Notes under the pieces: model-generated | Database searches by the model: none | What the model saw: the letters and a program-made list of their open reading frames with translations, nothing else | What the model was told of the DNA's origin: nothing | DNA from: a bacterium | GTDB lineage: Bacteria; Electryoneota; RPQS01 | Length of the DNA: 64,000 bases | Direction: 5' to 3' | Assembly (NCBI GenBank): GCA_016703065.1 | Contig: JADJCU010000001.1 | Span: 123,098 to 187,097 of the forward strand | Position numbers and translations under genes: made by a program | Part shown: one piece after another, positions 50,165-60,038 of the stretch | Position numbering within the stretch: position 1 is the stretch's first letter | Layout: every line of letters begins with the position of its first letter

Positions 50165-52150
50165 TTACTTCATAAGAACCATCTTGCGAGTATCTGTCAA
50201 ACCGCCGGCGTCAAGCTGATACATGTACACTCCGGAGGCCAGACGTCCGGCATCAAAATTCACGATCTGTGCTCCCGCATTCAACGGCGCGTGATCAAGC
50301 AGCGTCGCGACCTCTTCACCCAGCACATTGAAGACTTTCAACGTGACAACTGCAGCGCGCGCCAAATCGAATTGAATCGCGGTCGAGGGGTTGAATGGAT
50401 TCGGGTAGTTCTGGTACAGCGTAAACTGCTCCGGAAGCGCAGGACGTTCCGGCGTGCTCACAGGCTGCGGGATGTCCGTCGAATCCACGTGGAATGCCGG
50501 ATATTGATTGTTCCAGAGCGGCTCCTCGGGAATGTCGCTCACAAGTATACGCTGGTAGTGCACCGGGTTCAAAGTCGGCGAGCCGGTGGGATTGTCACCC
50601 ACTGCGCCGCCGGCGTCGAGATCGAACACGTAGCTCAAGTGGCGATAGCGCTCACCATTGTAGGTGGTAACCGTTTCCGCAAGTGTGGCATCGCGCTCGT
50701 GAGCACTTTCACCGACCGGCACCAATTGACCCGTATTCGTGTTCGTCACATTGACCGCCATGGACCACGAGACGCCATTGTTCGTCGATTTTGCAATCCA
50801 AATGTCCTGCATCGGAATCCCGATGTTCGAGTAGTTCGCCGTGTCCGCCAGCACAAACGCGCAATAGAGATGACCGGTTTCAGTGTCAACAGAAAGATTC
50901 GGCCGCTGCAGCGCCCGCTGCCAATCACCCAGATCATCCGCCCAATTCGTGTCTAAATAGCTGTTCTCGAGCGCCATGATCGGCGACATGTAGCCGTAAT
51001 CCGATCCCCAGTGCCAGATCTGCCCAGCGTAGCGGGAGATCGTGCCTTCCAACGCATAATAGTTCATCGTCATGAACGCGAAGTGAATGTTATCGTTCTC
51101 GTCGAGAACGACCGACATATCCGTGTACGCGCGAAACGTGTCCGCGTCGCAAATCAGTGTGTCTCCCGAGGCGCAGTCCACGTCTTCGTAGATGAAGTTC
51201 GTGATGTTCACCTCCTCGCTCCAGTTCAGGCCGCCGTCTTCGGAGACAATGTAGACGATGTCGTTGTTATACTGGGTGGGATCGGCAGTCAAGTCATCGC
51301 GGCTCTTGCTCCATGCGATGACCACGCGGTCCGAATGCCGCGAACAGGCGACATCCGGAGAAATCACCATGACGGTATCCAGTTCGCTGTACTGCAGGCC
51401 GCCGGTGACCGGCTCCCAGACGATGTTGATGCCGAAGCCCAATTCGTTGTACTGCGGAATGCCCCGCGAATAGTAGATGCGCTGCGGATCGCCGGCATTG
51501 CCGCTGAGCGGGTTTTCCGTCGACACCACGTGGAGTTTTCCGTTCGGGCTGCGCGCGATCTTCGGCCAGATGATTTCCAATTCGGCGCCGTTCTCAACCA
51601 GATATTCTGGCTCAACGGTGTTGAAGGCGCCTGCTCCGGCAATCAGGTCTATCGAAGCGGCGGCATGGGCTGTGGCTCCGGTGCTGATCTCTTCGTGGAA
51701 GGCCGGAAAGTAGAAACCATCGGGCTGCAGGGCACCGCAAACATAACCGCCGCGCGATACGACGTCGATTCTGCCATTTGTGATTGTGAACTGCTCAGTG
51801 GTTGGATCCCATACATTGTAGTATGTGTGGCGATCCGACGAATTGAAATTCTCGCCATTTGTCCATGACAGATGAACGAAACCTAATTCGTCCACTGACA
51901 CCATTTTGCCTGCGGTCCCGTTATGCTGGTAATCGTAGTACGTTGTGCCGGCGACGTAGGCGGCCCCGACCAGATCATCCAGCACACCTTGGCGGGGACC
52001 GTGTGCGGTTGGATCGGGAATGTTCTGAAAGGTCGGCTGTTCGGTTCCGTCGATTGGTTTGATATTGCGCATCGGGACCGTCGCCGAGGGGGCCGCGTTA
52101 AGCACGTTCAGTGCGGCCAAGAATGAAAGAACGAGAGCAAACCGGATCAT
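50165..52150 (-). CDS. BNR/Asp-box repeat (sialidase-fold-like) secreted T9SS cargo protein
   Basis: Signal peptide from MIRFALVLSFLAALNVLNA. Asp-box motifs S.D.G..W (VSEDGGLNWS, KSTNNGVSWS). C-terminal FTLYQNYPNPFNPSTAIQF...RKMVLMK. Confidence 0.7.
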   Translation of the reverse strand: MIRFALVLSFLAALNVLNAAPSATVPMRNIKPIDGTEQPTFQNIPDPTAHGPRQGVLDDLVGAAYVAGTTYYDYQHNGTAGKMVSVDELGFVHLSWTNGENFNSSDRHTYYNVWDPTTEQFTITNGRIDVVSRGGYVCGALQPDGFYFPAFHEEISTGATAHAAASIDLIAGAGAFNTVEPEYLVENGAELEIIWPKIARSPNGKLHVVSTENPLSGNAGDPQRIYYSRGIPQYNELGFGINIVWEPVTGGLQYSELDTVMVISPDVACSRHSDRVVIAWSKSRDDLTADPTQYNNDIVYIVSEDGGLNWSEEVNITNFIYEDVDCASGDTLICDADTFRAYTDMSVVLDENDNIHFAFMTMNYYALEGTISRYAGQIWHWGSDYGYMSPIMALENSYLDTNWADDLGDWQRALQRPNLSVDTETGHLYCAFVLADTANYSNIGIPMQDIWIAKSTNNGVSWSMAVNVTNTNTGQLVPVGESAHERDATLAETVTTYNGERYRHLSYVFDLDAGGAVGDNPTGSPTLNPVHYQRILVSDIPEEPLWNNQYPAFHVDSTDIPQPVSTPERPALPEQFTLYQNYPNPFNPSTAIQFDLARAAVVTLKVFNVLGEEVATLLDHAPLNAGAQIVNFDAGRLASGVYMYQLDAGGLTDTRKMVLMK

Positions 52151-52351
52151 AAAGACCTCCTGCTTGTTTGCCCGGGGTAGACTGTGCCCCACCAAGACAC
52201 GTAACGGAGTCCTGCAAAACTCGTGCTATGCGCAGTGAGTCTATTTTACTTAATTATTATTAGCTATTTAATTTTACTTCAGCATCAATTCATATGCGCA
52301 TTTTCTGCGTTATTATATAGTCCTTCTTGCATAGGACTGTGCAATTAGTGA

Positions 52352-52395
52352 CTTCAAGACAAAAAGAAGACGGCCTCCTGGGGAGAATGAAGGCC
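52352..52395 (-). terminator. Terminator hairpin downstream of the DUF2892 gene
   Basis: AGACGGCC-(16 nt)-GGCCGTCT, followed on the minus strand by TCTTTTTGTCTT. Confidence 0.45.
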
Positions 52396-52503
52396 GTCTA
52401 AGGAGGTCGGTGTCGTGCCTGACGCCGACCAAAACTGTAACTCTACTTCGCTTTCGCTATGATACCGCCCACCGAACGCGGCGCGGTTCGATGCGCCGAG
52501 AGA

Positions 52504-52698
52504 CTACTTCGCGGTCTTCGCCTTACATGTGCTCATGCCGCAAATCGGGTACAGTGGACACCATCCAACCAATGCGGTCAGCAAGGGAATCAACCCGACG
52601 GCGCCCCACCAACTCTTGGCGTAGACTCCCCAGCCGATCAAGGCTAACCCTATCACGATGCGGATGACCTTGTCCGCCCCGCCGACATTTGCTGTCAT
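52504..52698 (-). CDS. DUF2892 (YgaP-like) small membrane protein
   Basis: 64 aa. ..DKVIRIVIGLALIGWG....GLIPLLTALVGWCPLY matches the DUF2892 consensus. Confidence 0.7.
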   Translation of the reverse strand: MTANVGGADKVIRIVIGLALIGWGVYAKSWWGAVGLIPLLTALVGWCPLYPICGMSTCKAKTAK

Positions 52699-52791
52699 GA
52701 CTACTCCTTCGTCTTGGTTTGCTGTTTACGAAAAGCGGCTGAGTAGAAACTACTCAGCCGCAACGGGAAAAACAGTGACCAACTCACATAA

Positions 52792-53478
52792 CTACGGAGT
52801 TTCTCCGGCAAATGCCCGTAACATCCCTTCATTCAACATCTTGACCCTCCCCCGCCCCAATTCCAACGCGCCTGCCCGCTCGAATTCCTTCAAGAGCCGC
52901 GACACCACCTCGCGCGCCGTCCCCAGCTCATCTGCGATCTGCTCGTGAGTGATATGAATACTTCGCAGATACGTCCCCTCCCCCGTGAACTTCTCAAGCA
53001 GGAAATGGGCGATCCGATGGTCCATCTTGCCGAAAGTGATCTCTTCAATCAGCGACATCATGTCTGCGATCCGAACACTCATCATGTTGAACACGTAGTC
53101 CCGCACGACCAGATGCTCGTGCACCCACCGATGAAAAACCTCAGGCGCGATAATCACCGCTGAAACAGGGTGCTCAGGCTCCACCTCCGCCGTCGCAGGA
53201 TAGCGGGTGCCCGTGAGCAGGCAGGACGCCGTCAAAATACAGCTCTCCGCGTTCCGCACGTGGTAGAGCGTGATTTCACGGCCGCCGTCGTGGCGCTTGT
53301 AAACGCGGATACTGCCCTCCCCGACAAACGCTATGCGGGTGCAGGCCTCGCCCTCGCGGTAGACCATCACTCCGCCGTCTAACTGCGCGTACTGCGAATG
53401 CAGCAAAATATCTTTCTGCAACAGCACGGGTGCGTTGCGATAGAAATCAAACTGCGACAAAATCTCATGTGCTTGCAT
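52792..53478 (-). CDS. Crp/Fnr-family transcriptional regulator
   Basis: cNMP-binding beta-roll plus a C-terminal HTH (..TREVVSRLLKEFERAGALEL..). Confidence 0.85.
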   Translation of the reverse strand: MQAHEILSQFDFYRNAPVLLQKDILLHSQYAQLDGGVMVYREGEACTRIAFVGEGSIRVYKRHDGGREITLYHVRNAESCILTASCLLTGTRYPATAEVEPEHPVSAVIIAPEVFHRWVHEHLVVRDYVFNMMSVRIADMMSLIEEITFGKMDHRIAHFLLEKFTGEGTYLRSIHITHEQIADELGTAREVVSRLLKEFERAGALELGRGRVKMLNEGMLRAFAGETP

Positions 53479-53489
53479 GGAAGTCCAGA

Positions 53490-54881
53490 TTAGACCTTGC
53501 GCCGCTTCTTCCACCAGCGAGACAGCCGCTCGCCCAACTCATATTCGCGGCCCTGATCGGTTGGCTCGTAAAACAAGGTCTGCCTATAGCGCGGAGGAAG
53601 ATTCTCTGACTCAACAAAATGTCCCGGATGGTCGTGTGGGTATTGATAGTCCGCGCCAAAACCCTCCCGCTTCATCAGTCCCGTCACAGGATTCCGCAAA
53701 TGAAAGGGAACCGGCTCAGGGCTCTGCTCCTGCCGTACGGCCTCGAGCGCCTTGTCAATCGCGACGTATGCCGCGTTCGATTTGGGCGAACTTGCAAGGT
53801 ACGTCGTACATTGCGACAGAGTGATTCGTGCTTCCGGCATCCCGATCGCATGGACCGCCTGATAGCAAGACACCGCCAATACCAACCCGTTCGGATTCGC
53901 GTTGCCGATGTCTTCGCTCGCCAAAATGATCAAGCGCCGCGCGACGAACAGCGGATCTTCGCCGGCTTCAAGCATGCGCGCCAGATAATAGAGCGCGGCA
54001 TCCGGATCACTGGCTCGCACGCTCTTGATGAAGGCGGAAATCGTGTTGTAATGCTGGTCGCCCGCTTTGTCATAGCGCGGCAGGCGCCGCAGCACCGCAG
54101 TTTCAATCAGCGCCCGGTCAATCGTGCGCCGATCTTCGTGAAGCTCGGCGATTTGCGCGGATAACTCGAGAGCGTTTTACAATGCGCGCGCGTCCCCGCC
54201 CGAAAGCGTCAGCAACGCGTCAATCGCATCGGGATCGACTTCTACCCGCGCCGCGCACAAAACCGCGTCAGCACACAGGGCGCGAGCAAGCAATATCTTC
54301 AGATGCTCCGCCGTCAGCGGATGCAGTCGCAGCACCCGAGCCCGCGACAGCAGCGGCGAAATGACTTCAAACGAAGGGTTCTCCGTCGTCGCACCAAGCA
54401 GCGTGACCGTGCCGTCTTCAACCGCATGAAGGAGCGCGTCCTGCTGCGACTTCGACCAGCGGTGGATTTCATCGACAAAGAGCAACGTCCGCTGAGTCGC
54501 CTTGCGACGCAACGCCGCCGCTTCAAGCTGTTTGCGCAGCTCGGGAACGCCGGTCGACACGGCGGAAATCGGCACAAACACATAGGCGAGCGTCGCGGCC
54601 AGAATCCGCGCCAGCGTCGTCTTTCCGGTCCCCGGATCGCCCCATAGAATCAGGCTGGGAATGCTACCCCCGGCAATCAGCCGGGTCAGTAACGCGCCGT
54701 CGCCAAGCAGATGCTCCTGACCAACGTAGCCCGCGAGGGGCGTGGGCCGCATTCGTTCAGCAAGCGGAGAGAGAGTCGAGTCGACCACCAGAGTGTAAGG
54801 GCTTGGAGGTCCGTTTCGGTACTCATTGACCGCCAATCGGCCAGTCGAGGACTCCCGACGCCTCCTCTTGGCAGGCGACAA
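53490..54881 (-). CDS. rarA: Replication-associated recombination protein A (RarA/MgsA AAA+ ATPase), interrupted by an in-frame TAA at 54177-54179
   Basis: N-terminal ORF (Walker A GDPGTGKTTLA, FVDEIHR, ..SGGDARAL*) and C-terminal ORF (..YDKAGDQHYNTISAFIKSVRASDPDAALYY..HLRN..) lie in the same frame. RarA-like sequence continues straight across the stop (..GDARAL*NALEL..). Confidence 0.8.
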
Positions 54882-55051
54882 CTAATGAAGTTTGTGCCCG
54901 CTATGTGATTTTGTCTTGGAGAGTAAGTTACACAAACAAAACGCCGGATGCAATCCGGCGTTTTGTGCTATCGAAAACAATGGTGTAGTTTGTGGCGTAG
55001 GCCAGGCCCCCGCAAACCGTCGCCAAATATCTACTCATGCTGGACTTCGAG

Positions 55052-56656
55052 CTAACCCTCTCCGCGTTCGGCGTAGGCCTTCTTGATCATGGCGTCCAGA
55101 TACTGCTCAGGATTTGCGAGCACCTCCGGCGAGATTTCGAGACTCTGCTTGCCGGCGAGCTTCAGACCGTATTCATAGTTCGTAAACATCTGCTGAAGTT
55201 TGTAGACCAACTGGACCGGTTCGCTGTCGAGATTCCCGCGAATCCAGCTCTGCGCGGCGGGCGGCAGCTCCAGTACGAGGCCGTGCCTCTCGAGGAAACC
55301 GCGCTGGAATGTATTGATCGCATCGGTGACGAGCAGGTCGGCGGCGGTCTGGTCGGGATGCAGAATCAGGTCGAGCGTGACCGTCAGACTGCGAATTGTC
55401 GAAGAGGGCAGCAGCTTCTCGAATTTGATTAAGGCGCGTTCGACCACCGAGGTCAGACCGCGGGCCCCGATTCCAAGCTGATGAGCACGGCGGGCGATCT
55501 CCCGCAGCGCGTCGTCGGTGAACGAGAGCTCGATTCCGTAGGCGGCAAAATCGCGGACCTTGCCCTGTACCACCGCCGAATAGGGATTGCGCAGGACGTC
55601 GTACAAAGCGGTCTCATTCAGGTCTGTTAACTGCGCGACGACCGGCAAGCGACCTACAAACTCAGACTCGAAACCGTATTGGATCAGATCAGTGGTCGTG
55701 ACACGCTTCATCAGTTCGGAATCCACTGTCGGAATATCACCGGCGCGCTGGAAGCCCATGGTCCCTTTGGCAAGTCGGCGGCGGATCATGTCCGGCAGCC
55801 CGGCGAACGCACCGGATACGATGAACAGCATGTTACGGGTTGAGACCTTTTTGCGCACGGCCTTGCCGCGGCGCTGCGTCTCCATCACCGCTTCCATCTG
55901 GCTGGCCAGATCGTGCGGAGTCCGCAAATCCACATCGGTGTCTTCCATCAGCTTCAACAGAGCGCGCTGCACTCCCGACCGCGAGACATCCGGCCCCACC
56001 GTGTTGCCCGAGGCCGCGATCTTGTCGATCTCGTCGACATAGATAATCCCATATTCGGCCAACAACGTGTCGCCACCTGCCTCTCGAACAAGGTCGCGCA
56101 CGAGGTCGTCCACATCGCCGCCGACATAGCCCGTCTCCGAGAACTTGGTAGCGTCGCCCTTGACAAACGGGACGCCGATCTTCTCAGCAATGAGCTTGAC
56201 GATGTACGTCTTGCCCACGCCGGTCGGTCCGATCATCAGGATATTCGATTTGATCCGCCCCACGGTCGGCTCGATCGACGGATGCTCCGCCTCCCACTTG
56301 CGCCGGTGAAAGTGCGTACAAATTTTTGTGGCCAGAATCTCGATGGCATCGTCTTAATGCACCACATATTGCCGGAGGTAGGCTTCAAGCTCCGTTGGAC
56401 GCAGCGTGAAGTCGATTGTTTCGACACTGCTGGGAGCGCGTGTCTCCGTGCCTTCGTGAGGAACATTCAGGTCATAGTCTGCCACAGCAACGTTCTCGCC
56501 GTAGCGCTCTTTCAGAAATTCACTTATCTCTTCCCGGATTTTGTCGGGATTGGGCGGAATCTTGGACATCGTACTTGGGGTTAACAGAAGGAGAGAGGAG
56601 TCTCCTCCCGCCGCAATTACCATTCTACCGGCCATCGGCACCCCTTGTTCCGGCAA
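55052..56656 (-). CDS. ClpX-like AAA+ unfoldase paralog (no zinc-finger N-domain, ~85-aa C-terminal extension), interrupted by an in-frame TAA at 56354-56356
   Basis: Blocks colinear with ClpX: ..[34 protein letters not shown].. against ..[34 protein letters not shown]..; [13 protein letters not shown]; [11 protein letters not shown]; [12 protein letters not shown]; [19 protein letters not shown]; [14 protein letters not shown]. The TAA sits where ClpX and HslU have the invariant Gln of the IGQ motif. Both sides are in one frame. Confidence 0.7.
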
Positions 56657-56764
56657 CTCCTGAAAATATAAGCATCCATCGGACGAGATGCGACTAATCT
56701 GTGAGCCAACAGAGGTTAGGCGTACGCTTGCACATCAGGACCCGCTTTTGTAGATTCTAAATCT

Positions 56765-58669
56765 ATGCAAAAACAGCATCTGCACTGCTTCCTACTGATT
56801 GCAGCCGGTTCGCTCTGGAGCGGTTGCGGAGAGCCCAACCTGCCGGAGCTGAATCCGTATTTGCATAGAGAACAGGTGCTAAGTCTTCCCTTGCCGGATT
56901 CCACCGCGAGCACCGTCTATGTCGCCGGTTGGTCGATCGAGGCGGCCACCCCGCACCCCGGCACACCGGGCGACGTGGCCATTGCGACCCCGGCTGGCCG
57001 CACCCTCTCCCTTGGATGGACAGTCTCCGGTGAGACCTCCGCCCTTCCGTTCCGGCCCGAGACTCGTGAACTTCGCGGCGTAAAATTCGCCTGCCAGTCT
57101 ACGCCTTTGGCCCTGTCTATTAATCTCGGTCGAGATGGCCGCACCCTGACCTGTGAACTGACCGGAAACAGCCAACGCCCGATTGAAGCGCAGATAGAGG
57201 TCACGGGTTCAGTCGGGCAGGTGCGAGGAATCGCCGCCTATGAGGAACGTTGGGACGTGAAGGGCGGCGCGGCGGAACTGAAGCTGCCGTGGGGCGGGAG
57301 TTGGACGTTTACCAGCAACGGCACTATTGAACCGTCGCGCGAACCGGGCCGAATCGCCGTCCGCTTCCGCTTCGACAACAATGAGTCGCGCCGCTTCACT
57401 CTGTCCATTGAACCGTTCGAGGTGTCCCGCGGTATCGACGTAACCACAAGCTCGAACGCTGCGAATCGCGCGCTGGCGCTCTTGATCAACGCGATTCCGC
57501 CCGTGATTGATGTCACGTCCATCAACGACGAGCGATTCGAATTCTGGGCGGATATGTCGGAAGCACAGTGGATCGCGCGTGCCGAACCGGTCAAGAGTTA
57601 CTTCAAGTTTCTCGAAGTCCCGGAAGATCAAATTGTCGTTCTCGAAAACAGTGTCGCGGCGTTCCGGACAACTTACAAATGGGGCACGCTGCCGGATCGG
57701 GAGCTTACGGCGCACTCGGTTTTGCTCGACGAAGCGATCAACCGGCTGCATTCGGGCACGCAACTCATTTTGCTCGGAGCATCCGTCGAGACGCGTCTGC
57801 GCGACGCGGCCGTCTGGAATTTTGCCGAGCATTATCTGGCCGAAAACCGTCTCAAGGCTCGCGATTCCTACCGCACGAATGGACTTGAGGCCGTCAAGGA
57901 GTCGCAGAAGAAACTGCGTGAACTCGAACGACACTTCAAGCTCCTTCAGAAAACGCATCAAACCGGGTTTGATTCGCTCTTGCTCGAATCCAACGTCACC
58001 GGAGTGGACGGATATGTGTTTGAGGAACGGGCGGACAATGACCTCGAAGTTCTGCGCCCCGACACGGTAGAACTGCTCCGCATATGCTCGCGCGCAAAGA
58101 CAGGCTGGTTCACTATGGCAAGCAAGGAGTGGCACGCGCCCGAGGATTTGCCGTGGGACCTTGTCCTCGCACTGGCGCGTTCGCAGTTCATCGATGCCTT
58201 GAAATTCCGCGTATCTCCCCATTGGCAGATCGCTCAGGCCGCGCTGCTTGCACCTGAAGCTCCCGGCCTCTTGCCCGGGAACATTGATCCAGAATCGCAG
58301 TTGCGGGCAGCAGCAGCCGAGCTCGAGACGGTCGTCGAGACCTATCTCGGGATTCGCGCCAATTGGGCGGAGAGCAAGATTGTCTTCGATGCCCGACTGC
58401 CGTCGGACTGGGGCCGCACAAAGGCGCGCGTCCCATTCGGCCCCGGGGAGCTTTACGTTGATTACGATTTCGCCAATAACAGCGCCTGGATCGCTGCCAC
58501 AGGTCTGACCAGGAAGTTTGATTGTGTCGTTTACATGCCCACGCCGACCGGCGCAGTTTCAACCCAATTCACGCTCGAACCGGGCGACGCGGCCCATCAG
58601 TGCGCGCTGGTCCGTGACGGAAAAAACTCCGCCAACATCGATATCGAAAGCTCCAGCCTTCCCGAATGA
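56765..58669 (+). CDS. Lipoprotein, function unknown
   Basis: 634 aa. Signal peptide plus lipobox (..LIAAGSLWSGCG). First gene of a plus-strand operon; the next gene overlaps it by 4 bp. Confidence 0.55.
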   Translation: MQKQHLHCFLLIAAGSLWSGCGEPNLPELNPYLHREQVLSLPLPDSTASTVYVAGWSIEAATPHPGTPGDVAIATPAGRTLSLGWTVSGETSALPFRPETRELRGVKFACQSTPLALSINLGRDGRTLTCELTGNSQRPIEAQIEVTGSVGQVRGIAAYEERWDVKGGAAELKLPWGGSWTFTSNGTIEPSREPGRIAVRFRFDNNESRRFTLSIEPFEVSRGIDVTTSSNAANRALALLINAIPPVIDVTSINDERFEFWADMSEAQWIARAEPVKSYFKFLEVPEDQIVVLENSVAAFRTTYKWGTLPDRELTAHSVLLDEAINRLHSGTQLILLGASVETRLRDAAVWNFAEHYLAENRLKARDSYRTNGLEAVKESQKKLRELERHFKLLQKTHQTGFDSLLLESNVTGVDGYVFEERADNDLEVLRPDTVELLRICSRAKTGWFTMASKEWHAPEDLPWDLVLALARSQFIDALKFRVSPHWQIAQAALLAPEAPGLLPGNIDPESQLRAAAAELETVVETYLGIRANWAESKIVFDARLPSDWGRTKARVPFGPGELYVDYDFANNSAWIAATGLTRKFDCVVYMPTPTGAVSTQFTLEPGDAAHQCALVRDGKNSANIDIESSSLPE

Positions 58670-59584
58670 GTGACACACACCTTGCCCTCGGTATCGATAT
58701 CGGCGGCACTAATCTGAAGATCGGACTCGTCACCGAAGCGGGAGAGCTGATTGACAAAGAGACGACGCCAACACCGCGGCCGCGTGAACTTTCCGCCGTT
58801 GTCGCGACACTCGCCGACGCGGTACAAGCCCTCTGCAATAAGCACAATGTAATTCCGGAAGGCGTGGGAATAGGTGCGCCCGGCGTCGTCGACGAAACGC
58901 TCCAAACCGTGCTCTGGGCGCCGAATTTCCCGGATTGGATTGGCGCGCCGATCCGGCAGGCGATCTGCGACGCGCTGCAGTTGCCCGTCGTGATGGATAA
59001 CGACGTGAACAACTTTGCAATCGGAGAACACCGCTGGGGGGCGGCCCGTGACTTCAAACACTTCGTCGCCGCGGCAATGGGCACGGGACTCGGAGGAGCC
59101 GTCTATATCAACGGTAAACTCTATCGCGGCGCGCGCGGAGCCGCAGGTGAGATGTGCTTCACGATTATTTCACCCGACGGACCGGATGTCCTGGGGAGAG
59201 CGGGAGTGCTGAGGCCTACGTCGGCCGCGCTGCGTTTGACAAACTCGTCGATGATCGTTTTAAGACCGGCGAGTTCCCCACTCCCGGCGCATTACCGAAC
59301 TGGTCGCGCAGAATGAACCTCGCGCCCGGGAAATCCACGATATCCTCGCCCAGCGTCTTGCCGAAGCGGCCGCAAGCTGGCTGCACGTGTTGAATCCGGA
59401 GGCTATCGTGCTGGGTGGCGGCACAATCCATCAGGCGCACTACTTCTTCGAGCGCTTTGAAGTTCATCTGAAAACGCGCGCCCTGCCGCCGCATACTGAA
59501 ACACTGCACATCCTGCCCGGCAAGCTCGGATACTATGCCGGCATGCTCGGCGCTGCCGCCCTTTGGTTTGAACAATCCTCGTGA
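58666..59584 (+). CDS. ROK-family sugar kinase (glucokinase-like), reading frame broken by two 1-nt frameshifts
   Basis: N-terminus LALGIDIGGTNLKIGLV.., catalytic region ..GAAGEM.., C-terminus ..LNPEAIVLGGG..YYAGMLGAAAL. Three frames must be spliced (near 59195 and near the CCCC/CCC runs at ~59290). The usual CxCGxxGC zinc motif is absent. Confidence 0.7.
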
Positions 59585-59598
59585 GTGGAGGGAATTGC

Positions 59599-60000
59599 AT
59601 GACCCGCATTCTGTTTGCCGTGCTGGCGCTGACATTCGCGGTCACTGGCTGCCGCAAGGAAGAAGACGACACGTACTCCGGGCCCGTGTGGATTCTGTTT
59701 GTCAACGTTTATGACGGCTCGCGGCCCGACCGTCTGCTGCAGCAATGCGCCCATGTGACGTGGAAGTATCAGGGCGACGAAGCTGAACATGATGTCGGCT
59801 GCCGGAACACCAACGGCTATGTCAAGGTCTGGGAGCCCATTTCGGAAGATGTGCGCATCATCTATCACGTAGACTGCGAAGGCTACCAGCCAACCGGCGA
59901 TGCGATCGCGATCTTTTCCTACGCGCAGGTCGACACTGTCGAAGGCCGCGAAAATCCCGAAGTCACACAAACCGTCGAAATTACTCTATATCCCAACTAA
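59599..60000 (+). CDS. Small lipoprotein, function unknown
   Basis: MTRILFAVLALTFAVTGC lipoprotein signal. ~130 aa. Confidence 0.45.
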   Translation: MTRILFAVLALTFAVTGCRKEEDDTYSGPVWILFVNVYDGSRPDRLLQQCAHVTWKYQGDEAEHDVGCRNTNGYVKVWEPISEDVRIIYHVDCEGYQPTGDAIAIFSYAQVDTVEGRENPEVTQTVEITLYPN

Positions 60001-60038
60001 GCCGCGTCGTACATCTGCACAATTAACCCATCGCCAAA

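Noticed and set aside
49560-50165. ORFs 49689..50219 (+), 49637..49915 (-) and 49570..49764 (-) as genes in the gap downstream of the BNR cargo gene
   Set aside because: No motifs, mutually overlapping in several frames, Arg-rich low-complexity products. The region does hold an imperfect 13-bp hairpin (~50017-50052), but nothing supports a coding call.
55052-56263. HslU identity for the AAA+ ATPase
   Set aside because: It first looked like HslU ([21 protein letters not shown]). The pore-2/RKH region GRLPVVA.L..L, the GI(I/V)Y(V/I)DEIDK spacing and the C-terminal alignment match ClpX far better, and there is no HslU I-domain-sized insertion.
54177-56356. Stop-codon reassignment (TAA read as Gln) to explain the in-frame TAA codons in rarA and the clpX-like gene
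   Set aside because: TAA is used as a real stop elsewhere in the window. At 7680 it is immediately followed by a canonical GC hairpin plus T-run terminator, and it also ends the genes at 18823 and 19952. Stops in this window are a normal mix of TAG, TGA and TAA.
56354-56656. The 100-aa ORF as a separate small gene (for example an adaptor) upstream of the AAA+ ATPase
   Set aside because: Its C-terminal 15 aa ([14 protein letters not shown]) align to the ClpX segment just before the IGQ motif, and homology continues in frame across the TAA. It is therefore the N-terminus of the same gene and not an independent ORF.
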